This document shows positions 1 through 14,280 of a stretch of DNA of 64,000 nucleotides, piece after piece. A program made the translations under genes and the position numbers. Numbering within the stretch: the stretch's first letter is position 1; each line of letters starts with the position of its first letter. The stretch is taken from IMG/VR virus record IMGVR_UViG_3300032303_002587, positions 33,153 through 97,152 of that record. One strand, given 5' to 3'. The notes under the pieces were generated by a model that worked only from the letters and a program-made list of their open reading frames with translations, searched no databases and was not told where the DNA came from. The DNA is from a virus. Its lineage: Duplodnaviria > Caudoviricetes.

Positions 1-1
1 T

Positions 2-1879
2 TTTGCTTTAGCGAAAACTGGTTTCGCTAAAATTGCTAAAAATTTATTAACATATTTATATAATACTGGAAAATATGAAGTCGTAGAGTATTGCTGTGGA
101 TTACAATATTCTAATCCAGAACTTAAGAAAACTCCTTGGAAATCCGTGGGAACTCTTCCAGATAGTCCACAAGAAATACAAGAATTAAATAAAGACCCTA
201 ATAATGCTAGATTAGCAAGTTATGGGGCTTATCTTTTGGATAGAGTTATTAGCGAAGAAAAGCCAGATATATATATTGCCGCACAAGATATTTGGGGAAT
301 AGATTTTGCAATAGAAAAAAAATGGTTTAATAAAATTGGCTCCGTTCTATGGACAACGCTTGACTCTTTACCTATATTACCTACAGCACTTCAAAAAGCT
401 CCAAAGATTAAAAATTATTGGATATGGAGCGATTTTGCAACAAAAGAATTGCATAGATTAGGTCATCCTCATGTAAAAACTGTACACGGCCCACTTGATA
501 CAACTAATTTCTTTAAATTAGATGACTCCAAAAGAAAAGAGCTTAGAAAAAGGTTTAATATAGAAGAGGATGCATTTATCATTGGATTCGTATTTAGAAA
601 TCAATTAAGAAAAAGCGTTCCAAATTTACTAGAAGGTTACTCGTTATGGAAAAAACAAAACCCACAAGTTAAAAGCTATTTACTTTTGCACACGCATTGG
701 GGCGAAGGATGGAATATACATAAATTAGCAGATGAATACGGAATAGATAAAAAAGAAATTTTAACAACTTATATTTGTAAAAACTGTTTTCAATATGAAA
801 TAAAACCTTTCTATGGTCATGATTTAAATTGTAGATTTTGTGGTTCTGAAAAATCTCAGACGACTTCAAATGTATCAATTGGAGTTGATGAAGATCAACT
901 TAATGAAATATATAATTTAATGGATGTATATTGTCATCCTTTTACTAGCGGTGGCCAAGAGATTCCTATTCAAGAAGCTAAACTTGCAGAATTAATTACA
1001 TTAGTAACAAATTATAGTTGCGGAGAAGATATGTGTGTAGATGGGGCTGCAACTCTTCCCCTAGAATGGTTTGAATATAGAGAGCATGGAACAGAATTTA
1101 AAAAAGCATCAACTGATCCTAAATCAATTGCACAAAATTTAAATAAAGTTTTTAAAATGAGCCTAGAGGAAAAAATTAAACTTGGCAAACAAGCTAGAGA
1201 ATGGACAATTCAAAATTACTCTATACAAAACATAGGCAAGATTTTTGAATCTTTTATAGATAATTCTCCAGAAGCTAATTTTGCTTCAATAGAAAACGAA
1301 GAGCTTAGAGATCCATTTTGCCAAATACCAGTTATAGAAGATAATTCTCAATGGTTGATTTTCATGTATCACAATATTCTAAAAATGAAAAATGTTGATC
1401 AAAATGATAGTGGGCATCAATATTGGATGCACGAAATAGAAAAAGGAATGAAAAGGCAAGATATAGAAAATTATTTCAGACAAGTCGCTACGAAAGAAAA
1501 TCAACAAATGAAAAAAGTAGATTTTCAAGATATCCTAGATAAAGATGATGATGGAAAAAGAATGATTTATGTAATTCCAGAATCAGCAGAAGATGTATTT
1601 TTATCTACAAGCCTTTTTAAGAATATTAAAAAACAATATCCAGATTATAAATTATATGTAGCTACAAAAGAGGAATATTTCTCTATATTAAAAGGAAATA
1701 AATATATAGACAAAATTATTCAATACTTTCCTCAAATGGATCAATTGTTTTGGCTAGAAGGAATTGGAGATCATAAAGGATTTTTTGAAATAGCATTCTT
1801 GCCTTATTTAGGAACTCAAAGATTAATTGATTATACTCATAATGGCAAAACAAAAATAGAATTTAATTTAAATAACTAA
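2..1879 (+). CDS. Glycosyltransferase (GT-B, GT4-like) with a Zn-ribbon insert and a C-terminal GT9-like N-domain; 5'-truncated by the window edge
   Basis: The frame is open from nt 2 (FALAKTGFAK..., resembling the GT4 N-terminal TGF motif). It contains RNQLRKSVPNLLEGY and LNEIYNLMDVYCHPFTSGGQEIPIQEA (donor-binding region), a CKNC...CRFC insert, and C-terminal EDVFLSTSLFKNIKKQYPDYKLYVAT resembling the GT9 N-terminus. Confidence 0.85.
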   Translation, partial: FALAKTGFAKIAKNLLTYLYNTGKYEVVEYCCGLQYSNPELKKTPWKSVGTLPDSPQEIQELNKDPNNARLASYGAYLLDRVISEEKPDIYIAAQDIWGIDFAIEKKWFNKIGSVLWTTLDSLPILPTALQKAPKIKNYWIWSDFATKELHRLGHPHVKTVHGPLDTTNFFKLDDSKRKELRKRFNIEEDAFIIGFVFRNQLRKSVPNLLEGYSLWKKQNPQVKSYLLLHTHWGEGWNIHKLADEYGIDKKEILTTYICKNCFQYEIKPFYGHDLNCRFCGSEKSQTTSNVSIGVDEDQLNEIYNLMDVYCHPFTSGGQEIPIQEAKLAELITLVTNYSCGEDMCVDGAATLPLEWFEYREHGTEFKKASTDPKSIAQNLNKVFKMSLEEKIKLGKQAREWTIQNYSIQNIGKIFESFIDNSPEANFASIENEELRDPFCQIPVIEDNSQWLIFMYHNILKMKNVDQNDSGHQYWMHEIEKGMKRQDIENYFRQVATKENQQMKKVDFQDILDKDDDGKRMIYVIPESAEDVFLSTSLFKNIKKQYPDYKLYVATKEEYFSILKGNKYIDKIIQYFPQMDQLFWLEGIGDHKGFFEIAFLPYLGTQRLIDYTHNGKTKIEFNLNN

Positions 1880-1890
1880 TAAAATTAATT

Positions 1891-3048
1891 ATGCACCTAG
1901 TAGAAAAATATGCGACGTCTTGTGGAATTAGAATAAATAAACCAGAGATTTATGAAAAATTTTTTCCAGTACCATTTAATAAATATATAATATTTTGTCC
2001 TAAAAATACTAAAAATGGAGCAGAATATGATCATTGGCAAATAGTTATTGATACGCTTGTTCAATTCATGAAAACGCAAGAAATTCATATAATACAAATT
2101 GGTGACAAAAATTCTAAAAAATACACTAATTGCGCTTTTATTGATGAGTCAATAATTGATTTTCAAAATTTAACTTATCTTATTAAAAATTCAGAACTTG
2201 TTTTAGGTGTTGATACTGTAGCTAATCATATAGCTTCTTCTTTTAGCAAAAAAATAGTTGGGCTTTATTATAATATAAATATAGAAAATGTTAAACCATA
2301 TTGGGGAGAAAAATCTAAACAGAAATTATTATATCCAAAAATTTTTACAAAACCATTTTATGGCTCAAATCTAAATCATAAATCAATTAATTCTATCAAT
2401 CCAGAGGAAGTAACCACAAGCGTTTTAAATTTATTAAATATTAAATATGGAAGTATGATTAATACAATTTTTATTGGAAATAATTTCCATAATAGAACAT
2501 TAGATGTTATTCCAGATGGGCCACTTAATTTAGAAATTTTGAATAATGTTCAAAATCTAATAGTTAGAATGGATTTATGTTTTGATGAAGCTATATTAAA
2601 TAATCTTTTATCTTATAAAAAATCCATAATAATAACAAAAAAACCGATTAATACAGATATAATAAAAAATAAAAAAGCAAATATATTACAAATAGTTTAT
2701 ATTCTAGATAAAGATAATGATCCTAATTTTATTAAGTTAATTAAAAATAATAATATTCAGTACACTTTGATATCAGAAGAAACAGACGAAACTATTAATA
2801 CCTTTAAATTAAAATATATGGATTATGGTTTAATATTTAAAAAGAATAAAAATGAAAAGACTTTTGAACTGCCCAAGGATAAAGAAATCTTTTTTAGATG
2901 TTCTAAAAGTTATTTCTCATCAAAAGGTATTTTTAATGGCAAATATGCATGGTTAAATAATTTACAAAATTCTCAAAATATAACTGATAATGAAGCTTTT
3001 TGGGAAGATTTACAAGATTTGCATATTTTTACTATTGACAATTCATAA
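1891..3048 (+). CDS. GT9 (heptosyltransferase-like) C-terminal-half glycosyltransferase protein
   Basis: HLVEKY..., IIQIG and YLIKNSELVLGVDTVANHIASSFSKKIVGLY match the GT9 D-S/T-x-x-x-H-l-A motif. Confidence 0.75.
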   Translation: MHLVEKYATSCGIRINKPEIYEKFFPVPFNKYIIFCPKNTKNGAEYDHWQIVIDTLVQFMKTQEIHIIQIGDKNSKKYTNCAFIDESIIDFQNLTYLIKNSELVLGVDTVANHIASSFSKKIVGLYYNINIENVKPYWGEKSKQKLLYPKIFTKPFYGSNLNHKSINSINPEEVTTSVLNLLNIKYGSMINTIFIGNNFHNRTLDVIPDGPLNLEILNNVQNLIVRMDLCFDEAILNNLLSYKKSIIITKKPINTDIIKNKKANILQIVYILDKDNDPNFIKLIKNNNIQYTLISEETDETINTFKLKYMDYGLIFKKNKNEKTFELPKDKEIFFRCSKSYFSSKGIFNGKYAWLNNLQNSQNITDNEAFWEDLQDLHIFTIDNS

Positions 3049-3063
3049 TATAACAGATATACT
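3035..3063 (+). promoter_or_regulatory. Sigma70-type promoter TTGACA-17-TATACT, 6 nt before the ATG at 3070 (leaderless geometry)
   Basis: Near-consensus hexamers, 17-nt spacer, no Shine-Dalgarno (SD). Confidence 0.8.
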
Positions 3064-3069
3064 CATAAG

Positions 3070-3867
3070 ATGAGTCCAAAAATTAAAGATAATCAACAAA
3101 CAATTTCAATTGGTAGTCAAGAGCTTGAGAACATTAACATTGTATCAGATCTAAATATTCCAAAAGTAATACCTCCTAATATTATTACAAGAAATAAATA
3201 TGGTCTTATTGACGATACAAATTTAAACTATATCTTTAATGATGATGGTACGATTAATTGGCGTAAAATGGTTAAAACCGAACATCTTGTACCAAATAGA
3301 CAAAAAACCCAAGAAGCAGACGTTTCAAAACTTCAAGATAAAGATCTTCTTATTCTTTTAGGTGGCATCAAAGAACTAGCTCAAATACGTGGTTATACAA
3401 GAGTAGAATACAATGTAGTTTCTGCAACAGAAAGCTATTTTGCAACAAGTTGTCGTATAACTTGGATTCCAAATTATGAAACAGATAATAAAGAAATAGT
3501 ATTTGAAGCTCTTGCTGATGCTACATGTAATAATACAAAATCTTTTGCTAGATTTTTCTTAGCTGCAATTGCTGAGAATAGAGCTTTTGTTCGTTGTGTG
3601 CGTAATTTTCTTAAAATTAATATCGTATCTCAAGAAGAGCTTGGAGACGCTAAACTTCTTGATGAAGCTGTATCCATTCAAGAAAACCCAACTTCTCCAC
3701 ATGTTCTTTTAGAAAAAGTTATGAAAGATAGAAGCGTAACTTTTGAAGTTTTAAAAAATAAATTAATAAAAGAAAAATTTGATAATGCTGAAAATTTAAA
3801 TACTATTAATGACATTCCAAAAGTAAAAATATTCGAACTGATAGATAGAATCAAAAAAGCAAAGTAA
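3070..3867 (+). CDS. Putative Rad52/Erf-like single-strand annealing recombinase
   Basis: AAIAENRAFVRCVRNFLKINIVSQEEL resembles the conserved helix plus acidic end of the Rad52/Redbeta/Erf superfamily. It sits behind a host-type promoter. Confidence 0.55.
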   Translation: MSPKIKDNQQTISIGSQELENINIVSDLNIPKVIPPNIITRNKYGLIDDTNLNYIFNDDGTINWRKMVKTEHLVPNRQKTQEADVSKLQDKDLLILLGGIKELAQIRGYTRVEYNVVSATESYFATSCRITWIPNYETDNKEIVFEALADATCNNTKSFARFFLAAIAENRAFVRCVRNFLKINIVSQEELGDAKLLDEAVSIQENPTSPHVLLEKVMKDRSVTFEVLKNKLIKEKFDNAENLNTINDIPKVKIFELIDRIKKAK

Positions 3868-3873
3868 TTAAGA

Positions 3874-5432
3874 CTACTGAATTACATTATTAATTGTGCC
3901 TTGCACTGGGTTATTTGTAGTGTCATTTTTATTAAAAGGATTTAAAAATCCAGTTATTCCATAAATAACTAATCTCTGTTGTAGTCTTCCATTATTAATA
4001 TAACCATCACGCACATATGTAGAAATAGGTTCTATTGGTCCAACTGTACCAATTACTCCTCGTGTTCCATCTTGTGTAAAAGCTTGTCCTCTTACGCCTT
4101 CAGATCCGTTTACTTTTAGTAAAGACTGAACTCCATTTTGACCATTTAGCCCTTTATTTCCTGGAGAATTTTGAGGAAAAAATGGTCCTTGACTTTGAAT
4201 ACCAGCATTTCCTTGTGTACCTATTGATGCTCCAACTCCATTTTCTCCACCATCGCCTTGAAGAATAGCTGGATTTGGTACAGCTGGGGGGCCTTGAATA
4301 CCTATAGTTCCATTTATAGTATTGCCTACGTCTCCATCTTGACCTTTTGATCCTTGTATACCTTCATTATTTGTTCCTGCAATTCCGTTATCCCCCCTAA
4401 TGACTTCTCCATCTAAACCTTGTGGACCAGCTCCAACGTATGCTGGTCCATTAATACCAATGATTCCATCTGATCCAACTGCACTATTAGAGTCTCCGTT
4501 TTGTCCTTGCGATCCTTGCACGGCTGGCCCATCTAATCCAGCGTTTCCGTTATCTCCTCTAACAGTTTGTCCATCTAAACCACCTGGTCCAACCCCAATA
4601 TATGCTATTCCATCTAGACCAGCAACTCCATCTGATCCAACTGCACTATTAGAGTCTCCGTTTTGTCCTTGCGATCCTTGCACGGCTGGCCCATCTAATC
4701 CAGCGTTTCCGTTATCTCCTCTAACAGTTTGTCCATCTAACCCACCAACCCCAATATATGCTATTCCATCTAAACCAGCGATTCCATTTGATCCAAACGC
4801 TGTAGGTCCGCCTATTCCAATTAAACCTCCACCACCTACGCCACCTCCACCTCCAGCACCTCCTGCTGCTCCGCCACCGCCTCCAATTCCCTGCTCTCCA
4901 CTACCACAGCATTTTAATAAAATTTCTTTTGTTGATAATATTTTAATGCAAGTTCGTTCTGTTTCATTTGGATCGAATTTTATGCATCTAAATTTAGCTG
5001 TTGAATTATTTGGTATATCTGATGTATCTATAAATATATTTTTTGTACTAGAATTTAAAAAGTTTATATTGCTTTCATCTATATCTGTATGTAAATTAAT
5101 TTCATTAAATATATTATTATTAGTATTTAATAAATCTCCTATTTTAAAATCTCCAGATCTGCTAGAAGTATTAAAATTAATTGAAAATTGATTTTCGGCA
5201 GTTGTTGTTTTTTGAGCAAAATAATTATTTTTATAATCTGTAAATATTTTTGTATTATTAAAATATCCGTCTATACCAGTCTCTATTGGAAAATTAGAGT
5301 TAAAATTTATTTGTTTTACAGCGCATTCATCTAATTTACTGTTAATATATAGAGCATTAAGACCAGATCCGCTAATATATTTATCCCAACATATTCCACC
5401 TAGATCTTGTACTTGTTTTAATACATTTGGCA

Positions 5433-5433
<1 letters not shown>
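3874..5433 (-). CDS. Gly-rich, interrupted collagen-like fibre protein (paralogue of 5433-6782)
   Basis: G-X-Y runs and poly-Gly. Likely start is the GTG at 5433 overlapping the upstream TAG (TAGTG); the ORF track start is 5484. The N-terminus QVQDLGGICW...IFIDTSDI...AKFR aligns with [10 protein letters not shown]...ISIDTIDL...AQFR. Confidence 0.75.
4465..4740. repeat. Identical 114-bp direct repeat (4465-4578 and 4627-4740; period 162 nt = 54 aa)
   Basis: Base-by-base comparison shows two identical copies inside the collagen-like gene. Confidence 0.95.
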
Positions 5434-9363
<3,930 letters not shown>

Positions 9364-9365
9364 AA

Positions 9366-12020
9366 TTAATTGATTACAGCGATTATATAATTTGGAATAA
9401 TTGGACTTATTCCATTAGATATTACAGGTATTTTTATACCAGTAACTAAATTATTAATTGTATTTCTCCCAGTTATATAAAGATTACCAGACATAGCATA
9501 ATTATCATAAAAATTTCTTTTTTCTATTGATATATTTATTTTATTTATATTTGATGGTATATTAGATCCAGAAGTATATTTATTATTAGTTATATAATTA
9601 TTATTTTTAAAATTAATATTTCCAGTAGGAATTAAATTACCAGAAGAATCTGAATAACAATATCCAGTAATAATATTAAATGTACCAGTAAATGTTTTTT
9701 CATAAGCTATATCTGTTAAACCAGTTAATAATAAATTATAATTTCCACTTGCTATTCCTGTTGCAATTATTGAACTTACATATCCTGTGTGAATGGACCC
9801 ATTAATGCTTTGAGTAATATAGTCTTCATACGATAAAATACCATTTTCTACAAATCCAGAAACTTGACCAGTTATAGTGCTATAAGATATATCATCTAAA
9901 ATCATTGAAACTTTTTTAACTTCTCGTGATGAAATTATATATCTATTTCCATTTTCATTAAATGAACAAAAATCATTCGACATGCTTTCGTTACTTTCAG
10001 TTCCACTAAATTTTAAAGTTTTTTCCCAATTATTACCATATCCAGTATAAATCCAAGCTTTACCAGAGTTATTATTCATAACTGGACTTGTTAATAAGAT
10101 TTTATTTCCTATTGAATTTATTGCAAGCGCTCCACCGACTCCTTCTCCTCCAACAAATGTATTTGCTAAATTCCAATCTTGACCATTTCCTGTAAATAAA
10201 TAAGCATGACCCAGACTACCAGCGCCATAAGAACAATTTGCAATTATAGAATTTCCATCTCCATTTATACCAATTCTTATAGGAAATATTTTATTACTTC
10301 CAATTGGATAAATTTTTTTACATAAATCCCAATTATTTCCATTACCCGTGAATATATATGCTAGTCCAGAACTATAAAAATTTTCACCAATTACAATTAC
10401 ATTACCAGAATCATTTATAGCTATACTTTGACCAAAATAACCATTTGTATAACTCCCAGTTAATTTTTGCTTTAATGTATAATTTAAATTATTTCCAGTG
10501 AATATCCAAACCGCACCTTTACCGTTATTATCACCTGCCCCACCAACTAAAGCTATATTTCCAGATTTATTTAAAGCAACGCTCGTACCAAAGTATGAAT
10601 TATTTGCTCCAGTTAATTTTTGGTAATTCCAATTATTTCCAAATCCAGTATAAATATACGCTGCACCACTACCATTATCATCACTTCCAGCACCAATTAT
10701 CATTTTATTACCAATATCATTTAATGATAGTGATCTGCCAAAATTACTATTATTATCAAAACGAGATATTAATCCGACTTGATTCCAAGTGTTATTACGT
10801 CCACTAAAAATATAAACAACATTTTGCTGAAATACGCTTCCACCAATAGCAGCAATATTACCTTCGCTATTTAATTTAGGAGAATTACCAAAACCAAAAT
10901 TACTGCCTCTTAGCGTGTCTAGAGAATATCCTTCTCCAGAACCAAGGGTTGTAGCTTGATTAGTTAAAAAACCATTCAAATAAGTAAATTTATTTACATC
11001 AGAGTATATTTTTCCAGTTACAATACTATTATTCAATAAATTTATACCACTTCCTGTTGCTAAAAATGATTTAGATAGATATCCAGATCCATTTATAAAA
11101 CCACTTAATGTAGCATTAATTCCAGTACTTATACTTATCTCTTGTGAAAGTGTTCCTGTATATCCAGAAGCATATTCAAAAATAAATGATAAATTTTTAT
11201 CTATAGAATATGATCCAGTTTCATTTCCTAAACCAAAATCAACTCCTAAAACATAAGATTCTGTATTTACTTGGGCAGGTTCAATATAAAATGTTTCTGA
11301 AATTTTATTTATATCAAAATAATTTACATAACCAGTTGTAAGATATTGGCTATTTAATTTAAATGTCCCAGATATTTTACCAAAATTAGTATATAATCCA
11401 AAAATAAAATCACCAGTTTTATCTAAGTATAATTGTTTTGTTGTATCAAAATCTGGAGTTACTATAATATTATATTTTTGACCAGAGATATTTTGATTAA
11501 AAGAAGGAATTGCATTTATACTAAAGTTAGAATTAGCTGGAGAGATTATATCGCCGCTATAAATTTTAAAATTTAAATTTTGATTTCCGCTTATAAATCC
11601 AGTAATATTTCCTCTTACATAATAAAAATTATTAAAATCTAATTTATAATTTGGTCTATCCCCATTTATATAAAGCTCTGTTGTCCCTATGCATCCAGAT
11701 GTATTAAAATAGAATCTATCAAATTTTGTATAACTTTTTGAACTTATATTAGATAAATAATAATTATTAATATAATAGTCATATCCACTAAGATTTATAT
11801 TTCCAGATAATTTTATATTTTCATTTGTATTATAAGTATAGATTAATTTGTTTTCTGGATCAAATATTTTACCATTTGTAAATTTAAAATTAATATTTTG
11901 ATTAATGCCAGTAAAACCTAGATTACATAATCCATTAATATTATCTAAAGAGACATCAATAAGAAAAGAAATTCCAGTTTGCTCACTAATTGATAAAATA
12001 TTATTTCCAGAAAGGTTCAT
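9366..12020 (-). CDS. Tail/virion protein with a central FG-GAP-like beta-propeller
   Basis: Repeats of FGxSx(A/S)LNxxGNxxxxG...GAxYIFTG; lies in the tail-tip operon. Confidence 0.75.
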   Translation of the reverse strand: MNLSGNNILSISEQTGISFLIDVSLDNINGLCNLGFTGINQNINFKFTNGKIFDPENKLIYTYNTNENIKLSGNINLSGYDYYINNYYLSNISSKSYTKFDRFYFNTSGCIGTTELYINGDRPNYKLDFNNFYYVRGNITGFISGNQNLNFKIYSGDIISPANSNFSINAIPSFNQNISGQKYNIIVTPDFDTTKQLYLDKTGDFIFGLYTNFGKISGTFKLNSQYLTTGYVNYFDINKISETFYIEPAQVNTESYVLGVDFGLGNETGSYSIDKNLSFIFEYASGYTGTLSQEISISTGINATLSGFINGSGYLSKSFLATGSGINLLNNSIVTGKIYSDVNKFTYLNGFLTNQATTLGSGEGYSLDTLRGSNFGFGNSPKLNSEGNIAAIGGSVFQQNVVYIFSGRNNTWNQVGLISRFDNNSNFGRSLSLNDIGNKMIIGAGSDDNGSGAAYIYTGFGNNWNYQKLTGANNSYFGTSVALNKSGNIALVGGAGDNNGKGAVWIFTGNNLNYTLKQKLTGSYTNGYFGQSIAINDSGNVIVIGENFYSSGLAYIFTGNGNNWDLCKKIYPIGSNKIFPIRIGINGDGNSIIANCSYGAGSLGHAYLFTGNGQDWNLANTFVGGEGVGGALAINSIGNKILLTSPVMNNNSGKAWIYTGYGNNWEKTLKFSGTESNESMSNDFCSFNENGNRYIISSREVKKVSMILDDISYSTITGQVSGFVENGILSYEDYITQSINGSIHTGYVSSIIATGIASGNYNLLLTGLTDIAYEKTFTGTFNIITGYCYSDSSGNLIPTGNINFKNNNYITNNKYTSGSNIPSNINKINISIEKRNFYDNYAMSGNLYITGRNTINNLVTGIKIPVISNGISPIIPNYIIAVIN

Positions 12021-12022
12021 AA

Positions 12023-14248
12023 TTAATTTCTTATACTTACTTTATTTGGTCTTATTCTTTGCATGACTAGTTCTTGACTAGGAAGTTCTGGGGCTCTGCT
12101 TCTATAACTTAAATCTGCAAATGATCCATTTTCATCAATATACATTGATAAAGAACTTAAGCCTTCATTTGGCGTTAATGGAAACTTATTTATATTTTGA
12201 ATACCAATTACTTTTATACTTATTGTTTTTTCTGGATCAGTAACTGTTTGATTTATTGGGAAATACTCTGTTCCTCCAGAATTATCTTGAGTACTTAAAT
12301 TAGCTTTCATTGGTATTATTGAATCATTTCCAATCATACCGCCATTAAAATTATATTTACTTGTAAATGGTATACTAATTTCTGTATCTTTTGTTTCTAT
12401 TCCATAGAATAATTCTCTTACTGGCAATTTTATTTTAACGCTACTTCGCTCGTAAGTTATAGTTATAGATTCCGAATCAGAAGATCTATGTCCAATATTC
12501 TTGACAATAGTTGCCCCGCCTCCACAACCAACTTGCGCTTTACAAATTTCTTCTTCTGCTGACGCGCTGCAGGGTCCTGCGCATGGATCTTGACTTGAAT
12601 CTTCTGAAGTATTTCTATTTATATAATAGCCATCGGAAATCATTGGCTCGCAATTATTATTAGAATCAGTAAGCGCACTAAATTCTGCTGATATAGGTAT
12701 AGAATTAGAGCTAGGAACTAAAGCCAAAAGAAGCCTTCCTTGAGCATAAAGCGCTTCGATTTGCTGTCCAGCCGATATACTTAAAGCATTCAAAAGCGAC
12801 AATCTTACTTGTCCAGCGTAATCCATATATACTGGAAAATATTTTTCTAAATCACCATAAAAAAATAATTCTTCTATTTTTGGACAATAAGTTGGTTCTT
12901 TTTCAATGTAATATACACCCTTTGAATAAACGTTAAGATCTGGCATATAAGTTGAAGTAACTTTTAATTTTGATCCATCTTTATAACATGCATCAATATT
13001 TACTGGATTTGGATCTCTGCTATAAAAATATCTTCCATAACTATTAAAAATTGCTTCTTCTTGACCTTGCCAATAAGTTTCTAATTTTGGATCTTCTATA
13101 AAAAAATTAAATTTAGCATTCATACCACCAAATTTTTTATAAAAATCTACATAAGTTTTAACATCAAATCCTTCTTCAAAAACAGTTTGCGGATCTATTG
13201 AAACATCAAAGTTAATTAACCCTATTCTTTCCCATAATCCTTTTTTCATAAAATAAAGTTTTCTAGCATTGGCATCAATTTTCCCTAAAATTGCACCAAT
13301 AAATGATTGTTTTTCTGATCCACTAAGATTTGGCGGTAATTCAGAACCTAATGTTGAAGTAAAATATAAAGGATTAGAAAAACTATAATTTGAAGTTGTA
13401 AGTCCTCCTGGGGTAAAAGAAAAACCTGCTGAAGAAGTTTCATAGGTATTTTCTATTGTTTTTGATTCTGAATATGAAGCTAGATAAGGATTATTTTTTG
13501 ATATTGTTGGTACCTGAATACCTTTTTGTAAATCATAAATTATTAAAGTATTAGTGGTCCAGTCAAAATAAAAATCTGCCGCAATATCTCTACAAATATT
13601 TGACAAAACTTCTCTTGCTGTTCCAGTATAATTTACTTCATAACCTAGATAGTCAGATTGGAAATTAATTTGAAATCCAGATCTTTGCCCTAATGCGGCT
13701 ATAAAATTTCCAACAGAATACATAACTTCAGGAATATCGCAACCATTACTTGAAGGCCGTTCTCCTCCCATGCATAACAAATTATTAGTGATAGCATACC
13801 CACCAATTAATCCCTTTCTCGTTACAGACCCTGGGATCTCATTTACTTCCCCATTACATGGGCACTTTGCTACTATTTGTATAGATCTTTCCATTTGACT
13901 TGTATCACCAAAAATGTCTGGAGAGCAATGCCTTCTTACCAATCCTACAAATAGTTTATCTAATAAATAAGATTTATTGGTAAAACTAAAATTACAAACA
14001 TTTTGACCTGGAGAAAGATTCTTTTCGGAACTAATTAAATAACATTCATTAAAAGATGTATTTCCTATTTTAATTGAAGCAAACCTAGATCCAAGTTCCA
14101 TTTCTTCACCATCAACTACGCTTAAGGTAACTTTATCTAAATTTTGAGAATATCCAATATCAAATTTTATATTGAATATATCTCCACCAGCAAATTTTCC
14201 TGGAGGATTATTACCAACCGTTACCTGTTCTATCTTTTGCCTAGGCAT
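12023..14248 (-). CDS. Putative tail-tip/baseplate hub protein
   Basis: Position downstream of the tape measure. YTGTAREVLSNICRDIAADFYFDW resembles hub/Tal-type folds. Confidence 0.5.
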   Translation of the reverse strand: MPRQKIEQVTVGNNPPGKFAGGDIFNIKFDIGYSQNLDKVTLSVVDGEEMELGSRFASIKIGNTSFNECYLISSEKNLSPGQNVCNFSFTNKSYLLDKLFVGLVRRHCSPDIFGDTSQMERSIQIVAKCPCNGEVNEIPGSVTRKGLIGGYAITNNLLCMGGERPSSNGCDIPEVMYSVGNFIAALGQRSGFQINFQSDYLGYEVNYTGTAREVLSNICRDIAADFYFDWTTNTLIIYDLQKGIQVPTISKNNPYLASYSESKTIENTYETSSAGFSFTPGGLTTSNYSFSNPLYFTSTLGSELPPNLSGSEKQSFIGAILGKIDANARKLYFMKKGLWERIGLINFDVSIDPQTVFEEGFDVKTYVDFYKKFGGMNAKFNFFIEDPKLETYWQGQEEAIFNSYGRYFYSRDPNPVNIDACYKDGSKLKVTSTYMPDLNVYSKGVYYIEKEPTYCPKIEELFFYGDLEKYFPVYMDYAGQVRLSLLNALSISAGQQIEALYAQGRLLLALVPSSNSIPISAEFSALTDSNNNCEPMISDGYYINRNTSEDSSQDPCAGPCSASAEEEICKAQVGCGGGATIVKNIGHRSSDSESITITYERSSVKIKLPVRELFYGIETKDTEISIPFTSKYNFNGGMIGNDSIIPMKANLSTQDNSGGTEYFPINQTVTDPEKTISIKVIGIQNINKFPLTPNEGLSSLSMYIDENGSFADLSYRSRAPELPSQELVMQRIRPNKVSIRN

Positions 14249-14268
14249 AAACCTTATTCCTTGATTAA

Positions 14269-14275
14269 TTTACAC
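14269..14275 (-). promoter_or_regulatory. GTGTAAA putative late-promoter motif upstream of 14248
   Basis: Intergenic copy of the recurrent motif. Confidence 0.7.
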
Positions 14276-14280
14276 TAAAA

